Assembly: GCA_041586955.1 (NCBI GenBank)
Contig: JBFGZE010000065.1
Coordinates: 1 to 19,854, forward strand
DNA length: 19,854 bases
From: Bacteriovoracaceae bacterium
GTDB lineage: Bacteria; Bdellovibrionota; Bacteriovoracia; Bacteriovoracales; Bacteriovoracaceae
Reading direction: 5' to 3'
In this document: positions 16,992 through 19,854 of the stretch, piece after piece
Layout of the letters: each line of letters begins with the position of its first letter
Numbering within the stretch: the first letter of the stretch is position 1
Notes under the pieces: generated by a model
What the model saw: the letters and a program-made list of their open reading frames with translations, nothing else
What the model was told of the DNA's origin: nothing
The model's database searches: none
Translations under genes and position numbers: made by a program

Positions 16992-18514
16992 TGGTTAAAA
17001 AATGGTTTTTCTTTTTACTCATAATTATTAATGTCTGCCTTTATTTGGTGACGATTGGCTGCTTTATTACGCTCAGTGAATATATGGCCTTTAATTTAGG
17101 CCTAATGGGGGTTTCTCTCGCTTTGACGACTGGTTTGCTCCTGCAAAAACGCGAATACCTGAAGAAATACTATCAAAGTCCCCAGTTTCGCTACTTATCT
17201 GGTGCCATGACTAGTTTGGTTTTAGTGATAGGGATACTCGCCATTCTCAATTATCTCGTTTTTAAAAATCCTATTCAATGGGATCTTTCGGAGCGTAAAA
17301 CCAATAGCCTGACTGATCAATCTCAAAAAGTGATGTCACAAATCAAAAAGCCTTTAACATTTCATATCTTTACTCGCCAAAAAGAAAAACGTGCTATCCA
17401 GGCGTTGTTGGATCTTTATCGCTTTGTTCATTCAGATATGAAGATGACTTGGCATGACCCGGAAATGGAACCAGGTGCTGTCGCCGAGTACAAAATTACG
17501 AAAGTCCCATCCTTAGTAATTGAAAGTGAGGGGAGGAAAGTTTTAGTGGAAGATATCAGTGAGTTGGAAATTACTAACGGGCTGATTAAAATTACTCGGA
17601 AAGAGTTGCCCAAGGTTTATTTTTTAAGCGGTCATGGCAATAGCACTTTTATTGATAAGCATGACCAAGGGCTTTCTTATCTTTATTCCATTATTAAAGA
17701 ACAGCATTATGATGTGGAAACCATCGCTTTTCCCACGATCAAGAAAATACCGACAGAAGTGAAAGCAGTTATTCTTTGGGGTCCAAAAGATGCGCTTTTT
17801 GATGGTGAGTTAAAAGTTCTCGCTGATTATTTAGATCGCGGTGGCCAATTGATCTTGGCGTTACCTCCCCAATTTGGAAAGGATGTTTTTGGCAATTTAC
17901 GCGCCTTTTTACAAAAAAGAGGGATTCAATTATCCAATAGTTTAGTGATTGATCATTCGAACTTTGTGAATGGTTCAAAAGGGACAGTTCCTATTGCTTC
18001 TTATTATAATAATGATCATGCCCTGACAAAAGGGTTCACTGGAACCGTCTTTTTTCCTCTCGCCTCGATGGTTAGTGCCACGAAAGGATCGGATTTTAAA
18101 ATACTGATTAGTACCAATGACGGACCACAGTCTTATGCCAAAATGAATTTAGCGGAATATCTGGCCGGCAAAAAGGATTTTACTGAAGGTGTTGATGTGG
18201 AAGGTCCCATTGGGGTTGCTGGTGTTCTTGAAAATGAGGAGAATAAAAGTAAGATCCTCATTTTTGGTAATGATTCCTTTGTCCATAATATTTATCAAAA
18301 GTTTGGCCGCAATTATACCTTATTTCTCAATGGCCTGTCCCATATGGTGGATGAGGGGAAATTAGCATCTTTTAATTTACCGGCGTTAAAATCGAACCCT
18401 ATTTTTATTAACCCCACTCAATTGGGAGTGATCTTTTATTTCTCTGTCCTGATCGCGCCATTCTTTCTTTTCTCCACAGGTGCTTTTTTCTATTGGCGAG
18501 GTCGACAAGCATGA
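16985..18514 (+). CDS. GldG-like ABC transporter auxiliary component
   Basis: N-terminal TMs, WDLSERKTNSLTDQS, KVYFLSGHG, DYLDRGGQLIL, C-terminal TM; follows the gldA/gldF-like genes. Confidence 0.9.
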   Translation: MVMVKKWFFFLLIIINVCLYLVTIGCFITLSEYMAFNLGLMGVSLALTTGLLLQKREYLKKYYQSPQFRYLSGAMTSLVLVIGILAILNYLVFKNPIQWDLSERKTNSLTDQSQKVMSQIKKPLTFHIFTRQKEKRAIQALLDLYRFVHSDMKMTWHDPEMEPGAVAEYKITKVPSLVIESEGRKVLVEDISELEITNGLIKITRKELPKVYFLSGHGNSTFIDKHDQGLSYLYSIIKEQHYDVETIAFPTIKKIPTEVKAVILWGPKDALFDGELKVLADYLDRGGQLILALPPQFGKDVFGNLRAFLQKRGIQLSNSLVIDHSNFVNGSKGTVPIASYYNNDHALTKGFTGTVFFPLASMVSATKGSDFKILISTNDGPQSYAKMNLAEYLAGKKDFTEGVDVEGPIGVAGVLENEENKSKILIFGNDSFVHNIYQKFGRNYTLFLNGLSHMVDEGKLASFNLPALKSNPIFINPTQLGVIFYFSVLIAPFFLFSTGAFFYWRGRQA

Positions 18515-19854
18515 AAAATGGTGCCCTCTTTCTTCTGCTGATAGGCCTTTTGACCTTCACTTATTACCATGAGGAAATGGGCCATAAGTTTTTTAATAAG
18601 TCGGCCAAAGATGAACAATCAGCGAAATTATTGGAACTTAAAGAATATGGTGCTCTTAAGGAAGTCAAACTTTTAAAAACTCACCTCATTTTAGGAGAGA
18701 AGGGGATTCATACTCAAAACGGATTAATGGTGGCCCCTGAAAAATGGCAAGGATTTCTTCGTTCTCTTGGCCCATTGCGAATTAAAAGAGGATTGAATCT
18801 CGAAGAAATTAAACAGGCCGGTGGTCGCGAGAAGTTTTTTCCCTTTTCCCATATTAAAATGAGTTTTGTCTTTGAAAAGGATATTGTTCATTTTGAATTG
18901 GGTAAGAAATTAGATTTTGAACAATCATTTTATGTGGCGGTTAAAACTAAAAAACAAGAGCGCTTTTATTTGGCGTTTGACTCCTCTGTGATGGAAGGAG
19001 TTTTTAAAAAGGAAATTGAGCATCGCGCAGATAATCATTATCGTAAATTTCTGTCACTTTTTCATTTAAAAGAAGATTTTTTCCTCGAGCATCGTTTAGG
19101 GCGTCTAATGGATTTAGGGGAAGATAAAATCACTCATGTCGATTTTAATAATTTCCGCAACCGCTCCTTTCAATTAAACTTTTTAGAGGGGACGACGACT
19201 CCTACGCCGCCACAAGGCTACCAGGTTAATACTGAAGCGTTGAGCAAGTGGAGGGGGGAGTTGGAGCTGATTCACGTTAAAAAAACCATCCTGCCTACCA
19301 CTAGGCCTGAGGGGGAGCTAGGGAACATCACCTTTAAATCAGCTCAAAAAGAGTATCAACTAAACCTTTATCAAACCTATCAGGGCCAGCATGGGTATTT
19401 TGTGCAAATGGATCAACAAGGTCCGCTCTATCAGATTGAGCAAAAAGGCGCCAAAGTCATTCTCAATCATTATCAGGCCTTTTGGCATTTATCGCCTATC
19501 AAAGTAAAGAATTTAAACCAAGTGGCGCTTGCTCATAAAGATCAGTGGAATACTTTTCGCGTAGAGCACGATAAGGATTGGTCCTTTACCTGCGCAGAGG
19601 GCAGTTGTTCTCTGGTACCTGACCAAAATCGTTTTCGCCAATTATTTAATTACTTGGAGGAATTCCCCCAACGCATGTCGTGGATTGAGCGCGGCTTTAA
19701 GGCCGGTAACACGAAATTAGATTTTAAAATTAAAGAAGGTCGCTTTTCCTTGCAAAAAGAGGGGCAAGAAATTCAATTAATTGATTGGGCAAGAGGTGTT
19801 ATAATCCATTATATAGTGGGGATTGATTCTCCTATTTCTTCTAATTGGCAGGAT
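18511..19854 (+). CDS. DUF4340-like membrane-anchored protein, 3'-truncated (>=448 aa)
   Basis: Absent from the ORF track. ATGA overlap with the gldG-like stop; MKNGALFLLLIGLLTFTYYHEEMG... stays open to the window end. The N-terminal anchor and position after gldG suggest DUF4340; the family call is mainly contextual. Confidence 0.7.
   Translation, partial: MKNGALFLLLIGLLTFTYYHEEMGHKFFNKSAKDEQSAKLLELKEYGALKEVKLLKTHLILGEKGIHTQNGLMVAPEKWQGFLRSLGPLRIKRGLNLEEIKQAGGREKFFPFSHIKMSFVFEKDIVHFELGKKLDFEQSFYVAVKTKKQERFYLAFDSSVMEGVFKKEIEHRADNHYRKFLSLFHLKEDFFLEHRLGRLMDLGEDKITHVDFNNFRNRSFQLNFLEGTTTPTPPQGYQVNTEALSKWRGELELIHVKKTILPTTRPEGELGNITFKSAQKEYQLNLYQTYQGQHGYFVQMDQQGPLYQIEQKGAKVILNHYQAFWHLSPIKVKNLNQVALAHKDQWNTFRVEHDKDWSFTCAEGSCSLVPDQNRFRQLFNYLEEFPQRMSWIERGFKAGNTKLDFKIKEGRFSLQKEGQEIQLIDWARGVIIHYIVGIDSPISSNWQD

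Noticed and set aside
787..17978. Short alternative-frame or antisense ORFs in the track (e.g. 787-1017, 932-1162, 2127-2324, 2803-3048, 4462-4698, 9575-9763, 10781-10990, 16412-16672, 17769-17978)
   Set aside because: All lie inside well-supported long genes and have no recognisable motifs; treated as shadow ORFs.

Overview
AT-rich bacterial chromosomal region (roughly 38-40% GC by eye), made up mostly of housekeeping and envelope genes. I infer Bdellovibrionota, probably Bacteriovoracia-like, from the gene set and the sigma28-like motifs; this is not proven. Left to right: a partial exported hypothetical protein; a type-2 (eukaryote-like) isoleucyl-tRNA synthetase; an operon of FecR-like exported protein, Maf, DUF167 and a secreted helical protein; a 62-aa very basic ORF; a complete TPAT (TatT-TatP-DctQ-DctM) TRAP transporter with a coupled fifth gene of unknown function; an unknown lipoprotein; a 115-aa protein with an FlgM-like C-terminal pattern; a DHH/DHHA1 phosphoesterase; and a GldA/GldF/GldG-like ABC system followed by a truncated DUF4340-like gene. 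I saw no mobile element, CRISPR array, tRNA or rRNA. The best leads are the extended TPAT operon, several sigma28-like promoters (two possibly leaderless) near an FlgM-like protein, the small basic protein with its regulatory region, an RBS-occluding hairpin, and strong GGCC over-representation. All family calls come from motif recognition by eye, not database searches, and no novel system is established.
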